Origin: Candidatus Omnitrophota bacterium | GTDB taxonomy: Bacteria > Omnitrophota > Gorgyraeia > Zapsychrales > JAHFFX01 | NCBI GenBank assembly: GCA_023247705.1 | Contig: JAHFFY010000008.1 | Span: forward strand, 664 to 64,663 | DNA: 64,000 bases | Reading direction: 5' to 3' | In this document: piece after piece, positions 1-10,041 of the stretch | How positions within the stretch are numbered: the stretch's first letter is position 1 | Layout of the letters: each line of letters opens with the position of its first letter | Notes under the pieces: generated by a model | Databases searched by the model: none | What the model saw: only the letters and a program-made list of their open reading frames with translations | Told to the model about the DNA's origin: nothing | Made by a program: the position numbers and the translations under genes

Positions 1-689
1 AGTTTAGCCGCCCGATCCATACGCAATTGATTTCGATATTGCGCAAAGGTGGTCTTTAATTCCTTTTTAAAAAGACGGCTCAGGTAATGGTAACTAATCC
101 CGCTATCCAAAGAAACCTCTCTCAAGGAAATATTACGATGACAATTTTCTCTAATATATTTCATTGCTTTATTTAGGATGACCTGGCGATGCGTGAGATC
201 GCTTCCCTTAAATTGGCTCAGCAGATTAATTTCGTTTTTGATGATGTAATTGACGAACTGCATTAGCAACCCCGCAATCGAACCCATCTGGGAAACATCC
301 AAACGAAACGATGCGTTTTCACCGGTGAATAAAACTCCGGCCACTTCCTCTTTTAATATCAGCGGGACTAGAATCTTTTTGAATCCAGCGGAACACGTGA
401 AATATTGAGGTTTTCTTTCGTTAACGACCTGATTCAAGAGTTCCGGATTAATTTCTGTGCAATTTTTACAGTTGACCGGGCAGGCGCAGGCCTTGAGATT
501 TAAGGATCTTTTTACTGCAGAAAATTTATTGTTTTTTGAAGAGCCTTTTGGAGAAGAAGCAGATTGGAGCAATGTGCCATCGATTTTACGGATCTGCAAT
601 TCGAGACCGCATAGTTTTTGGAATAAAGCCTGGAATTGTTTTAGGATTTCTGTTTGCTCAAAATATTCTAAGAAATAACCGACTGTCAT
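1..689 (-). CDS. AraC-family transcriptional regulator with N-terminal PocR-like sensor domain (3' end cut by window edge)
   Basis: Minus-strand translation from ATG at 687-689 gives MTVGYFLEYFEQTEILKQF...; the C-terminal part ...MKYIRENCHRNISLREVSLDSGISYHYLSRLFKKELKTTFAQYRNQLRMDRAAKL is a classic AraC HTH. It is absent from the ORF track only because it runs off the window. Confidence 0.6.
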   Translation of the reverse strand, partial: MTVGYFLEYFEQTEILKQFQALFQKLCGLELQIRKIDGTLLQSASSPKGSSKNNKFSAVKRSLNLKACACPVNCKNCTEINPELLNQVVNERKPQYFTCSAGFKKILVPLILKEEVAGVLFTGENASFRLDVSQMGSIAGLLMQFVNYIIKNEINLLSQFKGSDLTHRQVILNKAMKYIRENCHRNISLREVSLDSGISYHYLSRLFKKELKTTFAQYRNQLRMDRAAK

Positions 690-915
690 GATAAATTATT
701 TTTCTATTACGATTCCTAATCTTTCAGACTGACAATCTAAATTCCAGAAACTTTTATTTGATTCCGCATCAAAAATAAATTTGAGGAAACCTTTATACGC
801 TTGACAATGAAATCTGTCAACAGGACAACATACGACAATCTAGGACAGCCCAAGAATTGATCAAATTTATCGACGAGATATTTCGGAGTGAATTAAAAAA
901 GATTTTAAAAAATTA

Positions 916-1824
916 TTAGAATTGCAGAACAATTCTTTGATTTGAAGTTTTCAGCGTGGCAATTAACGGACTTTCGGGAAGGATATTCTTGCGGTCTTTA
1001 TCTATAGAAACGGCGCTATTCAAATCTGATTTTAGCTGATCAATAAACTGCATATGATCCAATGAATAAAAATTATTGAAGATCATTAAAAATTCAACCA
1101 GATATTTAATGGCATTCTTCAAATTATCAAAAACGCCTACCGAAGAAGGGACAGAGGACAAGATCAGAACATCTTCTTCCTTATGAACATAATCTTTATC
1201 ACCTAAAATACTGGAATGGGCAAAACGGGAGCAAAGGCGGAACGTATAGTCGTATTCCTCTAACAATTCATGACCAGCCATCTTCGCCATATCACGGATC
1301 GAATGTCCGGACCAAGTGATGAGCGCTTTATCGGATACGATCTGATATTTCTTTTTAAACTCTTCGACCTTTTCTGAGATGGCCCGGCTTTTCTTATAAA
1401 ATTTTTCTTTGATTTCGTACGAGGCTTTTTTGATGCGCTGTTCTTCTTCGGGTAAGTAACGTTTAAAAATGATCCATTTATACTCCACGAATCTCACCGC
1501 CAGGCTGTCAGCGGTTTTAGGATTGTTCAAAATAAACTTTATAGCGATCATATTTTCAAGCAGACTGCGCAACAGTGTCGCAACATCTTGTCCATATCCT
1601 TTTGCGCACAGCAAAGAAATCGAAGAATATGTTTTGACCGCTCTTACCCAGAAAAACAGAAAGATCCTTTGGGACGGTGTTAAATCGCCTAAGCTCAAAC
1701 CCCGTTCATTAAATTTTTTAGTCAGGAGATCACTGATTCGATAAGCATCTTCCCCTAATTTAAAAAGTTCCGGGTTGTCATTCAGGATTGCTTTCTGGAC
1801 TTCATCCATTGTATTTGTTTGCAC
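916..1824 (-). CDS. Hypothetical alpha-helical protein (302 aa), AT-rich
   Basis: Long ORF with no recognisable catalytic motif; same orientation as the AraC gene. Confidence 0.45.
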   Translation of the reverse strand: MQTNTMDEVQKAILNDNPELFKLGEDAYRISDLLTKKFNERGLSLGDLTPSQRIFLFFWVRAVKTYSSISLLCAKGYGQDVATLLRSLLENMIAIKFILNNPKTADSLAVRFVEYKWIIFKRYLPEEEQRIKKASYEIKEKFYKKSRAISEKVEEFKKKYQIVSDKALITWSGHSIRDMAKMAGHELLEEYDYTFRLCSRFAHSSILGDKDYVHKEEDVLILSSVPSSVGVFDNLKNAIKYLVEFLMIFNNFYSLDHMQFIDQLKSDLNSAVSIDKDRKNILPESPLIATLKTSNQRIVLQF

Positions 1825-1877
1825 CCTATTCAGCAGAAACGTGGTTCCTCAAAGGATCCAATGAATCTGACAAAAGA

Positions 1878-2195
1878 TCAGCGCAGATTATGCGGCGCGT
1901 CGATTTCCTTGTATAAAGTCAGTTCAATCGGTTGTTTGAAATATTCTTTTGTTTTAGCAAGTAAATTCACGATATATATTTTCTTCAGATGCTCATCCAA
2001 TGCCTGACGATTCTGCCATTTCTCGTAAGAAATTAGATGGGTGGGATCATTGGAGGATTGAAAAACGTCATAGCGCAGACACCCCTTTTCTTTACGCGTC
2101 TGCTCTATGATCAAACCTATTTCCTTTTTAACCTTTTCTTCAACATCTTTTCTAACCTTTATGTTCGCGACAACTACGATAGAATCCGGCATCAT
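1878..2195 (-). CDS. Antibiotic-biosynthesis-monooxygenase (ABM) domain protein / putative quinol monooxygenase
   Basis: 105 aa; ferredoxin-like ABM pattern (VVVANIKVR...GCLRYDVFQS...HLISYEKWQNRQALDEHL). Confidence 0.6.
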   Translation of the reverse strand: MMPDSIVVVANIKVRKDVEEKVKKEIGLIIEQTRKEKGCLRYDVFQSSNDPTHLISYEKWQNRQALDEHLKKIYIVNLLAKTKEYFKQPIELTLYKEIDAPHNLR

Positions 2196-2213
2196 GGCCT
2201 CCTCACTTCAGGT

Positions 2214-3152
2214 TTAAATATTTTCTTCCTTGCGCAAATGAACAACGCGCTGAGGAAATGGAATTTCAATCTTATGTTTCTGGAATTCAAGATAGATATT
2301 ATTATTGATTTCAAACAGCAGATCCCAATAATCGGATTGTTTGCACCAAAGTCTTGCATAAAGATTAATACTCGAATCACCGAATTCTTCAATCCCTACT
2401 TTCAAAATTTTATTCAACGAAACAATACGCGGATTGCTTTTAATCATATCTTTCAAAACCTGCTGGGCTTTGACGACATCCGCATGATAGCCGACGCCAA
2501 CTTTAATATCGAGACGTTTGAATGCCGAAAAATTATGAATAATCTCTCCAATAATATGTTTATTCGGAATAACGATGATGGTCTCATCCACGGTCTTTAA
2601 AATCGTTCTGGGCAACGTCATGTCCTCTACCTGTCCGATCTCTCCAGCAACTTCGATGATGTCGCCGACTTTAAAGGGTTTCGTAAAAATCAAGGTAATC
2701 CCTGCCGCATAATTGGATAAAACGCCTTGCAGAGCCAAACTGGTTCCCACGCCAATAACGCTTAAGCCAGCGATAAACGGGGCGATCTCGATGCCAAATT
2801 TACCCAACGCGATAATTCCGGAAAAAATAAAAATAATTAACTTCAAGCCATAAATAAGAAATTTGGATACGGTCACATCCACAAGGTGTTTATCCAAGAA
2901 CTGTCTAAAGACCCTGGCGGCAAACCTTGCCACCATCCAGCCGATTACTAAAACAACAATCCCTCCGAACACCTGAAAACTATACTTAACAATCGCTTCA
3001 ACAATCAGATTAATCAGTTGTTTGGCTGTGGATATAGGAGAAAAGATTTGTTCACTTTTTTCTTCCATGGCGAGGGCAAGGATCGGGAAAAAGGTCAGGA
3101 CAAAACCGGTGGTCAAAAAACATTTCGATAGCCAATGATGTGTTTTTCTCAT
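2214..3152 (-). CDS. mscS: Small-conductance mechanosensitive channel (MscS family)
   Basis: 312 aa; N-terminal TM helices then MscS beta domain (KPFKVGDIIEVAGEIGQVEDMTLPRTILKTVDETIIVIPNKHIIGEIIHNFS). Confidence 0.85.
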   Translation of the reverse strand: MRKTHHWLSKCFLTTGFVLTFFPILALAMEEKSEQIFSPISTAKQLINLIVEAIVKYSFQVFGGIVVLVIGWMVARFAARVFRQFLDKHLVDVTVSKFLIYGLKLIIFIFSGIIALGKFGIEIAPFIAGLSVIGVGTSLALQGVLSNYAAGITLIFTKPFKVGDIIEVAGEIGQVEDMTLPRTILKTVDETIIVIPNKHIIGEIIHNFSAFKRLDIKVGVGYHADVVKAQQVLKDMIKSNPRIVSLNKILKVGIEEFGDSSINLYARLWCKQSDYWDLLFEINNNIYLEFQKHKIEIPFPQRVVHLRKEENI

Positions 3153-3626
3153 AAAAACTCCTAAATTTTAAATCAAATAAAAAGACAAGTTATTCTAGCC
3201 AAAATCAATTCGGTTCGCAACCACTTTTGTCAATACTTGCTTTATGTGTTATACTTTTGCTGAAAATGACCAATGAGAATGTTTCTTGTTCTTTCCCAAA
3301 GAAATAATAAAGTCAAAGGTAAACTACGTCGAAAGCGTAGGGCCCCTAGATCAAATGTCATCTATCTGATCCAGGGCGGTCGTCAAAAATCGATGACCGA
3401 CAAAGCCTCGAACCTAAATCTCGCTAACTAGTACTTTGTCAAACCCATTTTTAATAGTTGATCCCTCTATACTTTGCAGGAAATCAATTATTAAAAACAA
3501 AATTGACAAAGTACTAGCTAGATATGGTTGTCCGGCTGCCGTAATCTTTAATAATAAAGATTCCGTTTAATCATCTTTCAGCCCTTCTTTCGCAGAATAC
3601 CTTTGCGCAATATAAAGGGAAGAAAG

Positions 3627-3884
3627 ATGAAAAAAAATTTTATTATCGCATTGATAACTCTTAGCCTATTAAACGGCGCACCCACTCAGTCCGCGGTTAC
3701 GACTCAAGCCGTTTATAAAATATCGGTGACGATTCCTCCCCATGTGGATATCACCGGATTTGACCCTTTAGAGAAAGAAAAGCCTTCTCTTTCCCCTTCA
3801 GAAAATCAAATTAAAGAAATCACGACCGAAGAGACATTGCGCAATAACTTCCCTATTATATTAAAAACAACGACTATCAAATGA
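3627..3884 (+). CDS. Small secreted hypothetical protein
   Basis: ATG at 3627 preceded by GGGAAG RBS; signal peptide MKKNFIIALITLSLLNGAPTQSA. The ORF track's upstream TTG start at 3603 is less likely. Confidence 0.35.
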   Translation: MKKNFIIALITLSLLNGAPTQSAVTTQAVYKISVTIPPHVDITGFDPLEKEKPSLSPSENQIKEITTEETLRNNFPIILKTTTIK

Positions 3885-3973
3885 AGAATCCGTCAGGAAT
3901 CTTCAGAGCGCCTCGATGGATATCCATCGGGGCGCAGTCCTTATTTGCGTAAATTTCTTAATCTGAAAAAGGA

Positions 3974-6832
3974 TTATCGTTTTAATTTAAGCGGGACATG
4001 GAGAACATAGGTCGTCCCTTCTTCCAGATGGAAGGTATTCGAGATTTTAATTAATGGAAGATATTCCATAGGAAGAGAATTCACATCGATAAAAACGGTG
4101 TGTTGCCCCTCGGAGATATCATTAAAGAAATAAACGCCCTGAAAATCCGTGATGGTTGTTTCCCTATTATCCAGAGATATCTTAATCCGGGGAATGAGGA
4201 CATCCTGGCTGTCCAATTGCCCATTATGATTTTGATCATAATAGACAACCCCATAAATCCCGGAATGCGACGTTAAGGGAAAATTGAATTTTTGCGTCTG
4301 GTGATGGAATATTTCTACATTTTCATACATTGAGGTAGAAACGATATATTTGTCCGGAACTGTTGCAAGATCCAAATCAATCGAAATCTTTTTCGCCCTC
4401 ACCTTCTTCTGATACCATCCGGTATGATCACTCACCACGGTGCTGTTGCCTACTCTGATCGTGACCCCCGATACCCCCGGTTCATCGCGGTCCTGTATTT
4501 TATTTTGGTTCAAATCATTAAAAACCGTTCCCTCAATCGTTCCCACCGGACTCCAGTTAAAAGGCAAATCCCAGGACGAGCGGATCCCCCAGCGGATATC
4601 GGCTTCATTGTAAGCGCTGCGGCTGGGACTCTCGGCCCAGACATTTCTCAAACGGGTATCAATAAAAAACTGGAAATCATCCGTCGGCCGAAAATTAAAA
4701 CCGATATTTCCCGTCAAGCTATCTTCTCCGGCCAGGAAACTCAACAGGCTGTCCGCTTCCTGTTCGTTGCGGTAAAAAAGCCCCATATCCATCATCCAGA
4801 ATTTACTTAATTCTTTGGAATAGTTCAACCCCGTTGAAAACACCTGCGGGTTTAAATGATCCCCGGACAATTTTTCTTCCAGCCAAGAATATTCATAATC
4901 GGCGAAATAGGATAAATTTTTAATGAGCGGGAGACGAAAACCAGCCGTTGCGGAATACCGGTCAAATTCCGAAGAAGGAGATAACGTAAAACGGCTTCTC
5001 TGATAGTTCACCCCGATAAACGTCGATAAATACCGATCGTTTAGAATACGAAACATCTTGGATAAAGTATTATTCAACCTGAAATTCCGATGAGGCGACA
5101 GGACGCCTGGGGTATCTTGATAATAAATAGAACTTCGCCAATTGGAATCTTGGGACAAAGCGACTCCGGCCGAAGTGCTCAAATCGTAATTCAGACTGTC
5201 CGGATGATCCTGGTTAGGCAAAAAATTGTCTTGATATAAATCGAGATTGGAATAAACATCAAAATGAGGACGGGTAAAACTCCAGACAGCGGTTCCTCCC
5301 ACTTCTCCTCGATTGGCAGGAAAATTGGTCACCGTGACAAAATCTTTATCAATGTCTCTAAAATTCAAATTTAATCTGTTTTTCGGTGTCCCAAATTCAG
5401 TCCGTATTAAACCAGCAAAATTATCTTCATCATAGGCGAGTTCACTGGCTAAAAACGCTTTGGCGAATTTATGTTCCGTTACAACCGAATAAGCTCTCTT
5501 TTTTAAATAATCCGCTCGATGTGATCCATACCCTTGAGCATAATTAAGAGAATATTGATGTGAATCATGCGGGAACAAAGTCACCCTGCCTCCCTCAATA
5601 AACGATTCAACCCTTCCAAATGGATCTGAAGCAAGATACCCAAAAAGAAGACTCTCCCTTCCCCATAACACTGTATAATTAATGTTGCGATTAAAAGCTT
5701 CTGCGTTTAGAAGAACTCCTCGAAAATATTTTCCTTCCAAAGTCAAAGGAGAAAAAGCTTGAGAGGCGTCAAATCCTCTTATACTAAAATTTTTAAAATT
5801 CCCGATCTGACCATTCGTCAGGCCGACTGAATATCCTGTCACCTCGGTCGATTCGCCGAACCGGTTAAAAATCGTATACGTATCAAAATTGCCATACGGA
5901 GTATTTCCGGCAATATTGGTTATTTGGGTGAAATGTAGATTCTGCCGTTCGAGATTCGGTAGGTTATTTCCAATATAATAGGAACTCCAGTCCGAGGCAT
6001 AACCGAATCGAAACGGCTCGATCACTTCATATTGCGCGGCCTTTTGTTGCGCTGGCGTCAGAATCTGCGCTGGGAAATTGACATTGACATTAAACGTCCA
6101 TCGTCCCCGCGCATCCCAGACGTGCAGGAACGTGCCGCCTCTCAACAATCCGATGATTTTAATACGATTCGAATCAAGTCGCTCTACACTTATGAATTGC
6201 GGAGAAACCACCAAAAATTTTTCAATATTCTCGCCTTTAAGAGTAACCTCTTGCTGAATTTCCAGGTTTAAAGCCGTATCCGGCTGGGTCAACCAAAGTT
6301 CATCGTTTAAATCAATATCTTTACTTTGAATCGGTGCCGCCGAGACTGCCCCTGGGGATCCCTTCGCCTGAGCCCGAGGCGCTGGCCATTCTCCCATCGT
6401 GGATACGCTGGGGGCTGCTTGCTTTTTTTGTCTTTCTCCTTTTTTCGGGGGAAATAATTTTTGTTTGGTCGTTCCAGTGGTCTCTTCGGTGGGAACTCCG
6501 GGAGGAAATTCTTTCGTTTTTGTCTGAGGAAAAGGTTTTAGCTCAACGATATTGGATTTCAATTCGACAATCGCCACGCGTCCTTCCTGGATCCGCTTGA
6601 CGAAATTGACCCATTGCCTCGGCTCATCCGAGGACGGATTGGCCAAATGAGCTAATTTAAAATACAAAATTGCTTTTTCGTATTGTTCTTGATTGATTGC
6701 GTCCTTACCTAAATCAATCAGCTCTTTAAAAGAAAGGGATTCTTCACCCTGACTATAAGCCGATAAAGAACAAAAAAAGAGAAAAAGAGTACAGACCAAA
6801 ACAATGGAGAAAAATTTTTTTTGCATAATCAC
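3974..6832 (-). CDS. Large outer-membrane protein: signal peptide, TPR-like N-term, Pro-rich linker, T2SS/T3SS-pilN-like domain, beta-barrel, two C-terminal SdrD-B/CNA-B-like domains (usher-like candidate)
   Basis: 952 aa; LVVSPQFISVERLDSNRIKIIGLLRGGTFLHVWDARGRW resembles the CpaC/secretin N-domain; Y/F/N/G/S-rich middle; GTVFNDLNQNKIQDRDEPGVSGVTIRVGN and GVVYYDQNHNGQLDSQDVLIPRIKISL are CNA-B-type repeats; no secretin signature. Confidence 0.6.
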   Translation of the reverse strand: MIMQKKFFSIVLVCTLFLFFCSLSAYSQGEESLSFKELIDLGKDAINQEQYEKAILYFKLAHLANPSSDEPRQWVNFVKRIQEGRVAIVELKSNIVELKPFPQTKTKEFPPGVPTEETTGTTKQKLFPPKKGERQKKQAAPSVSTMGEWPAPRAQAKGSPGAVSAAPIQSKDIDLNDELWLTQPDTALNLEIQQEVTLKGENIEKFLVVSPQFISVERLDSNRIKIIGLLRGGTFLHVWDARGRWTFNVNVNFPAQILTPAQQKAAQYEVIEPFRFGYASDWSSYYIGNNLPNLERQNLHFTQITNIAGNTPYGNFDTYTIFNRFGESTEVTGYSVGLTNGQIGNFKNFSIRGFDASQAFSPLTLEGKYFRGVLLNAEAFNRNINYTVLWGRESLLFGYLASDPFGRVESFIEGGRVTLFPHDSHQYSLNYAQGYGSHRADYLKKRAYSVVTEHKFAKAFLASELAYDEDNFAGLIRTEFGTPKNRLNLNFRDIDKDFVTVTNFPANRGEVGGTAVWSFTRPHFDVYSNLDLYQDNFLPNQDHPDSLNYDLSTSAGVALSQDSNWRSSIYYQDTPGVLSPHRNFRLNNTLSKMFRILNDRYLSTFIGVNYQRSRFTLSPSSEFDRYSATAGFRLPLIKNLSYFADYEYSWLEEKLSGDHLNPQVFSTGLNYSKELSKFWMMDMGLFYRNEQEADSLLSFLAGEDSLTGNIGFNFRPTDDFQFFIDTRLRNVWAESPSRSAYNEADIRWGIRSSWDLPFNWSPVGTIEGTVFNDLNQNKIQDRDEPGVSGVTIRVGNSTVVSDHTGWYQKKVRAKKISIDLDLATVPDKYIVSTSMYENVEIFHHQTQKFNFPLTSHSGIYGVVYYDQNHNGQLDSQDVLIPRIKISLDNRETTITDFQGVYFFNDISEGQHTVFIDVNSLPMEYLPLIKISNTFHLEEGTTYVLHVPLKLKR

Positions 6833-6876
6833 AGCTGTGCAGGTGAGCCTTACGGAATTTCTTTAAAAAATCCAGA

Positions 6877-7683
6877 TCAATCTCTTTCTTCTAGGATCTT
6901 TGTTTCTGATGCGGATGATTTTGTAAAATCGATCTCTTTGACGACCGATTTTCCATCTCCCAGATCAAAGGTAATGACCATCGTATACTTCCCTAAAGAA
7001 AGATCCTGACTGAAATGCGCCCGGAACTTCGTTTTTTCTCGAGGAGGGATATAAAATTTCTCTACCTCGCCCCGGTCGACAACCACCCCATCCTTTCCCA
7101 AAATATAATAAACCCCGTTTGGAGTAATAATGACATCGCCCGTGTTTTCCAATTCTCCAACAACGGTATTTTGTTCAGCTGATAATCGGCCGACCCTGCC
7201 CTTCTTAATACTGTCGGTCGTTTCCAGAAAAAAAAGACTCCCAACGCGCGTGATGATCTGAACTCCATTGATATCTTTCATTTCCTCGGAAAAATTCTCA
7301 AAGAAAAGAACGCCATAATATCCGCCGTGCGCGTCTTCCGGGACTTTGATGGAATAGGAAATCTTCTTTTTAGATTTTGCCGGAAGAACAAAATCCTGCG
7401 GCGTAAAATGGACCCATTTCGCGATGGAGTTATCCATCGAACCGGCCGGCAAGAAATTTTTCTTCCCATCGAAAGGCGGGAGATAAACAAAATCTTCCCA
7501 GTAGGCCCTGACTTTCACATCTTGATCTGACGTATTATTGAGATTAATGATTCCTTGAGCAGAACCACCGGGGGCAACAGAGAACGAGACCTTGCCTTCT
7601 TCAATTAATAACTGAGCAAACACCGTCTGAAGAGGGAACAAAACAACATTAAAGAATAAACCAAGGAGTAAAAATTTTTTCAT
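6877..7683 (-). CDS. Putative PapD-like periplasmic pilus chaperone
   Basis: 268 aa with signal peptide; GIINLNNTSDQDVKVRAYWEDF and GYYGVLFFENFSEE resemble the PapD/CsuC motifs (xIxNxGxxxxxVxVxxW; LFYFNxxEIPP); size fits a two-Ig-domain chaperone. Confidence 0.5.
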   Translation of the reverse strand: MKKFLLLGLFFNVVLFPLQTVFAQLLIEEGKVSFSVAPGGSAQGIINLNNTSDQDVKVRAYWEDFVYLPPFDGKKNFLPAGSMDNSIAKWVHFTPQDFVLPAKSKKKISYSIKVPEDAHGGYYGVLFFENFSEEMKDINGVQIITRVGSLFFLETTDSIKKGRVGRLSAEQNTVVGELENTGDVIITPNGVYYILGKDGVVVDRGEVEKFYIPPREKTKFRAHFSQDLSLGKYTMVITFDLGDGKSVVKEIDFTKSSASETKILEERD

Positions 7684-7759
7684 ATTCTAACTTTAAGAGG
7701 GCAAGTATCCACTTGCCCTCTTCTTTCTATCAATGATTTCTGAACTTTTAACCGACAGA

Positions 7760-8416
7760 TTATGTTGCCGTCGCTGAAATCAACAATGTCCCGGTATAAC
7801 TCCCGGGCTTGTCGGCGTTTGAAAACACCTCTGATCCTGCCGGTTCCGCAGGAACGGCATTGACATCGCCGGTGTTAACACCAAGGTACATTCTAAGCCA
7901 TCCTCCAGAGGTCTCAGTGGACGTGATGGCCTCTCCGCTAATATTCTTGAGCAGTTTTTTGGGCCCATGGTTTCCCATCAAGGCGTCGCTGGTGATATCG
8001 TTTCCATTCTGATCTTTGCCAACAAAAGTGGTTTTGGCGAAGGTAATGGTTGCCTTTGACCCCAAACCGCCGTGTGTTGTTCCAACGTTGGGATGGTTCG
8101 CACTCTCGGTATAAGTGATATTAGCGCTCGGACTCCCGGCTCCACCTGTGGCGACGACATCAATCGCAAAATAATGGTTGGGTAGATAAATATTGATATT
8201 CGGAGTAAAAGTCATCGGATCAAAACTGAGGCTCGATCCAGTAACCGAGGTGAACTGCTTAGTGTTTGTATTGACGGATGAAACGATGATCCCTGCTCCG
8301 GTTGCCGCCGGCACACTCGCCGATACAGTAAACGTCTGATCCACCGCAAAGGTCACTGGAGCTAGCACGAGTAATCCTCCGATCACCAGACCTAAAATCA
8401 TTAATTTCTTTCTCAT
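7760..8416 (-). CDS. Secreted pilin-like subunit (spore-coat-U / Csu-type)
   Basis: 218 aa with signal peptide; alternating-hydrophobic N-terminal strand AVDQTFTVSASV; C-terminus GSYTGTLLISATAT resembles CsuA/B GDYKDTLLVTVNF. Confidence 0.5.
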   Translation of the reverse strand: MRKKLMILGLVIGGLLVLAPVTFAVDQTFTVSASVPAATGAGIIVSSVNTNTKQFTSVTGSSLSFDPMTFTPNINIYLPNHYFAIDVVATGGAGSPSANITYTESANHPNVGTTHGGLGSKATITFAKTTFVGKDQNGNDITSDALMGNHGPKKLLKNISGEAITSTETSGGWLRMYLGVNTGDVNAVPAEPAGSEVFSNADKPGSYTGTLLISATAT

Positions 8417-8534
8417 TTTGTTTCTCCTTTCGTAAGTAGCCAGTGAGATAGTTAAATAATTGTTTCATTCTAAAGACTTCTCACTGTTTTGCAACAACAA
8501 ATACCAGTAAATATCAATAAATTTTATCCCTTCA

Positions 8535-9974
8535 TTAAATTTCATTCAAAGAATACATAAACGCCGCCGTATATTCCCCGGCCTTCAATTCGAGAGACGG
8601 ATCCAGTCTATATAAGACTTTAAACTGGGAAGACTCCCCCTTATTATTAGAGAAGAATACCGGGGCACTTCCTTCCGGGACGGTGCTAAAACCCGCAAAT
8701 TCAATTCGCCCAGGATTATCTTTAAGCAGTTCCACCTTCATCGAAAACAAATCCGGCGCGATATTCTCTCCCGTCTGATTGGTCAAACGCGTCTGAACAT
8801 TTTGGGTCACCATATACGGACGGCCCAGGTTCGAGAACACCCTGACATTAATCTCTTTCATTTGAGGCGTCGTGCCCGGAATGAGACCGGTAAAATGAAC
8901 GCCTCCTTGCGGATAATCCACCTCCATGTTAAAGATCGGTGAAACATCAATTAGAAAATTGACCGGTATAATTTTGGAAAACTGTTCGCTTTCGACGACG
9001 TATCGTATTTGGCCCTGGTAACTGCCCGCTTTGGCATCAACAATTTTGTCTTTCTGAATTTCAAAGTTGATCGCAACTGAATCATTTTCCTCTTGCGAAG
9101 AATACACAAGAGAGCGTTTCTGGATGAATTCATTAAGATTCCCGGAAAATCCACCTCCTTTGTTTGTGGTGACACAGTTAATACTCGCAGGGTCAATGGG
9201 CTCACTCAAATCATTTTGCGGGGGCGTGTCCATTTCCTGAAAAATCCGGATCACCCCTCTATTGCCGGAAAACGAAAACTTAATGAAACCTTGATAATCG
9301 TTGCTTGTGCCCGTCCCCAAACGGATTACGCCTTTTCCTCCGGACGATTCAAGCTCAAAATTTTTATTTTCAGCGATATCCAGGGCGATATCCAAAAAAG
9401 CGTCCTGCAGGGAATTTCCCCCGATCGGTCTGACCGTGTAAATGATTTTCCCTAAAAAATTTCCCCCCTGAGACAACTGGTCTTTGTCGATCCGATAGAT
9501 CACGGTGAATGAATCATCGTCCCCGTTAGGGTTCGAGGTGTAGAGGAGCTCTTCTCCATACGCTAAACTGGTTTCATTTTGGGCATATAACGTTCCCAAA
9601 CTGTTTGAGCCGCTGAGCGTATAATTTTTGATAGCTTCTTGATCAAGGATCGTCCCTTTTTCATTGATCAAGGGGTTTTGAACGCGCTGAAAAACCTGAT
9701 ACTGTTGATGTTCATCCGAGGTAATGCGTAGACGCACTTCTTTGCTCACCACGGCGGAAGCGGAATCGATTGGACCGAAACGCAGACTGTTTCCCCCCTC
9801 CGAAGGATTAACGGACAAATTCATGGCGGCATATAAACTGGTAGGGGCCATCAGAAAGCTGCACAGCAGGATCGCGCAGGCGATGTCCTTTATTTCTCTC
9901 AATGCTAATGATTGATCTGGATTAGATAGAAATATCATGGATATATTATACTCGAAATCGTCTGATAAAAGCAA
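8535..9974 (-). CDS. Secreted protein with two pilin-like (SCPU-type) domains; candidate tip adhesin or major subunit
   Basis: 479 aa; signal-like segment IACAILLCSFLMAPTSLYA; two domain ends of the form AGSYQGQIRYVV and AGEYTAAFMYSLNEI, matching the C-terminal motif of the 218-aa protein. Confidence 0.5.
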   Translation of the reverse strand: MLLSDDFEYNISMIFLSNPDQSLALREIKDIACAILLCSFLMAPTSLYAAMNLSVNPSEGGNSLRFGPIDSASAVVSKEVRLRITSDEHQQYQVFQRVQNPLINEKGTILDQEAIKNYTLSGSNSLGTLYAQNETSLAYGEELLYTSNPNGDDDSFTVIYRIDKDQLSQGGNFLGKIIYTVRPIGGNSLQDAFLDIALDIAENKNFELESSGGKGVIRLGTGTSNDYQGFIKFSFSGNRGVIRIFQEMDTPPQNDLSEPIDPASINCVTTNKGGGFSGNLNEFIQKRSLVYSSQEENDSVAINFEIQKDKIVDAKAGSYQGQIRYVVESEQFSKIIPVNFLIDVSPIFNMEVDYPQGGVHFTGLIPGTTPQMKEINVRVFSNLGRPYMVTQNVQTRLTNQTGENIAPDLFSMKVELLKDNPGRIEFAGFSTVPEGSAPVFFSNNKGESSQFKVLYRLDPSLELKAGEYTAAFMYSLNEI

Positions 9975-10041
9975 AAGAAATTCCGTACCCCCTGTCGGGA
10001 CAACGGATTATTCTTAAATCTCGAAAAAAGGGTATATTCGC

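Noticed and set aside
457-678. 73-aa plus-strand ORF
   Set aside because: Lies antisense inside the AraC/PocR-type regulator gene that I reconstruct on the minus strand (1-689).
4424-4810. 128-aa plus-strand ORF
   Set aside because: Antisense within the 952-aa outer-membrane protein gene; Arg/Pro-rich junk composition.
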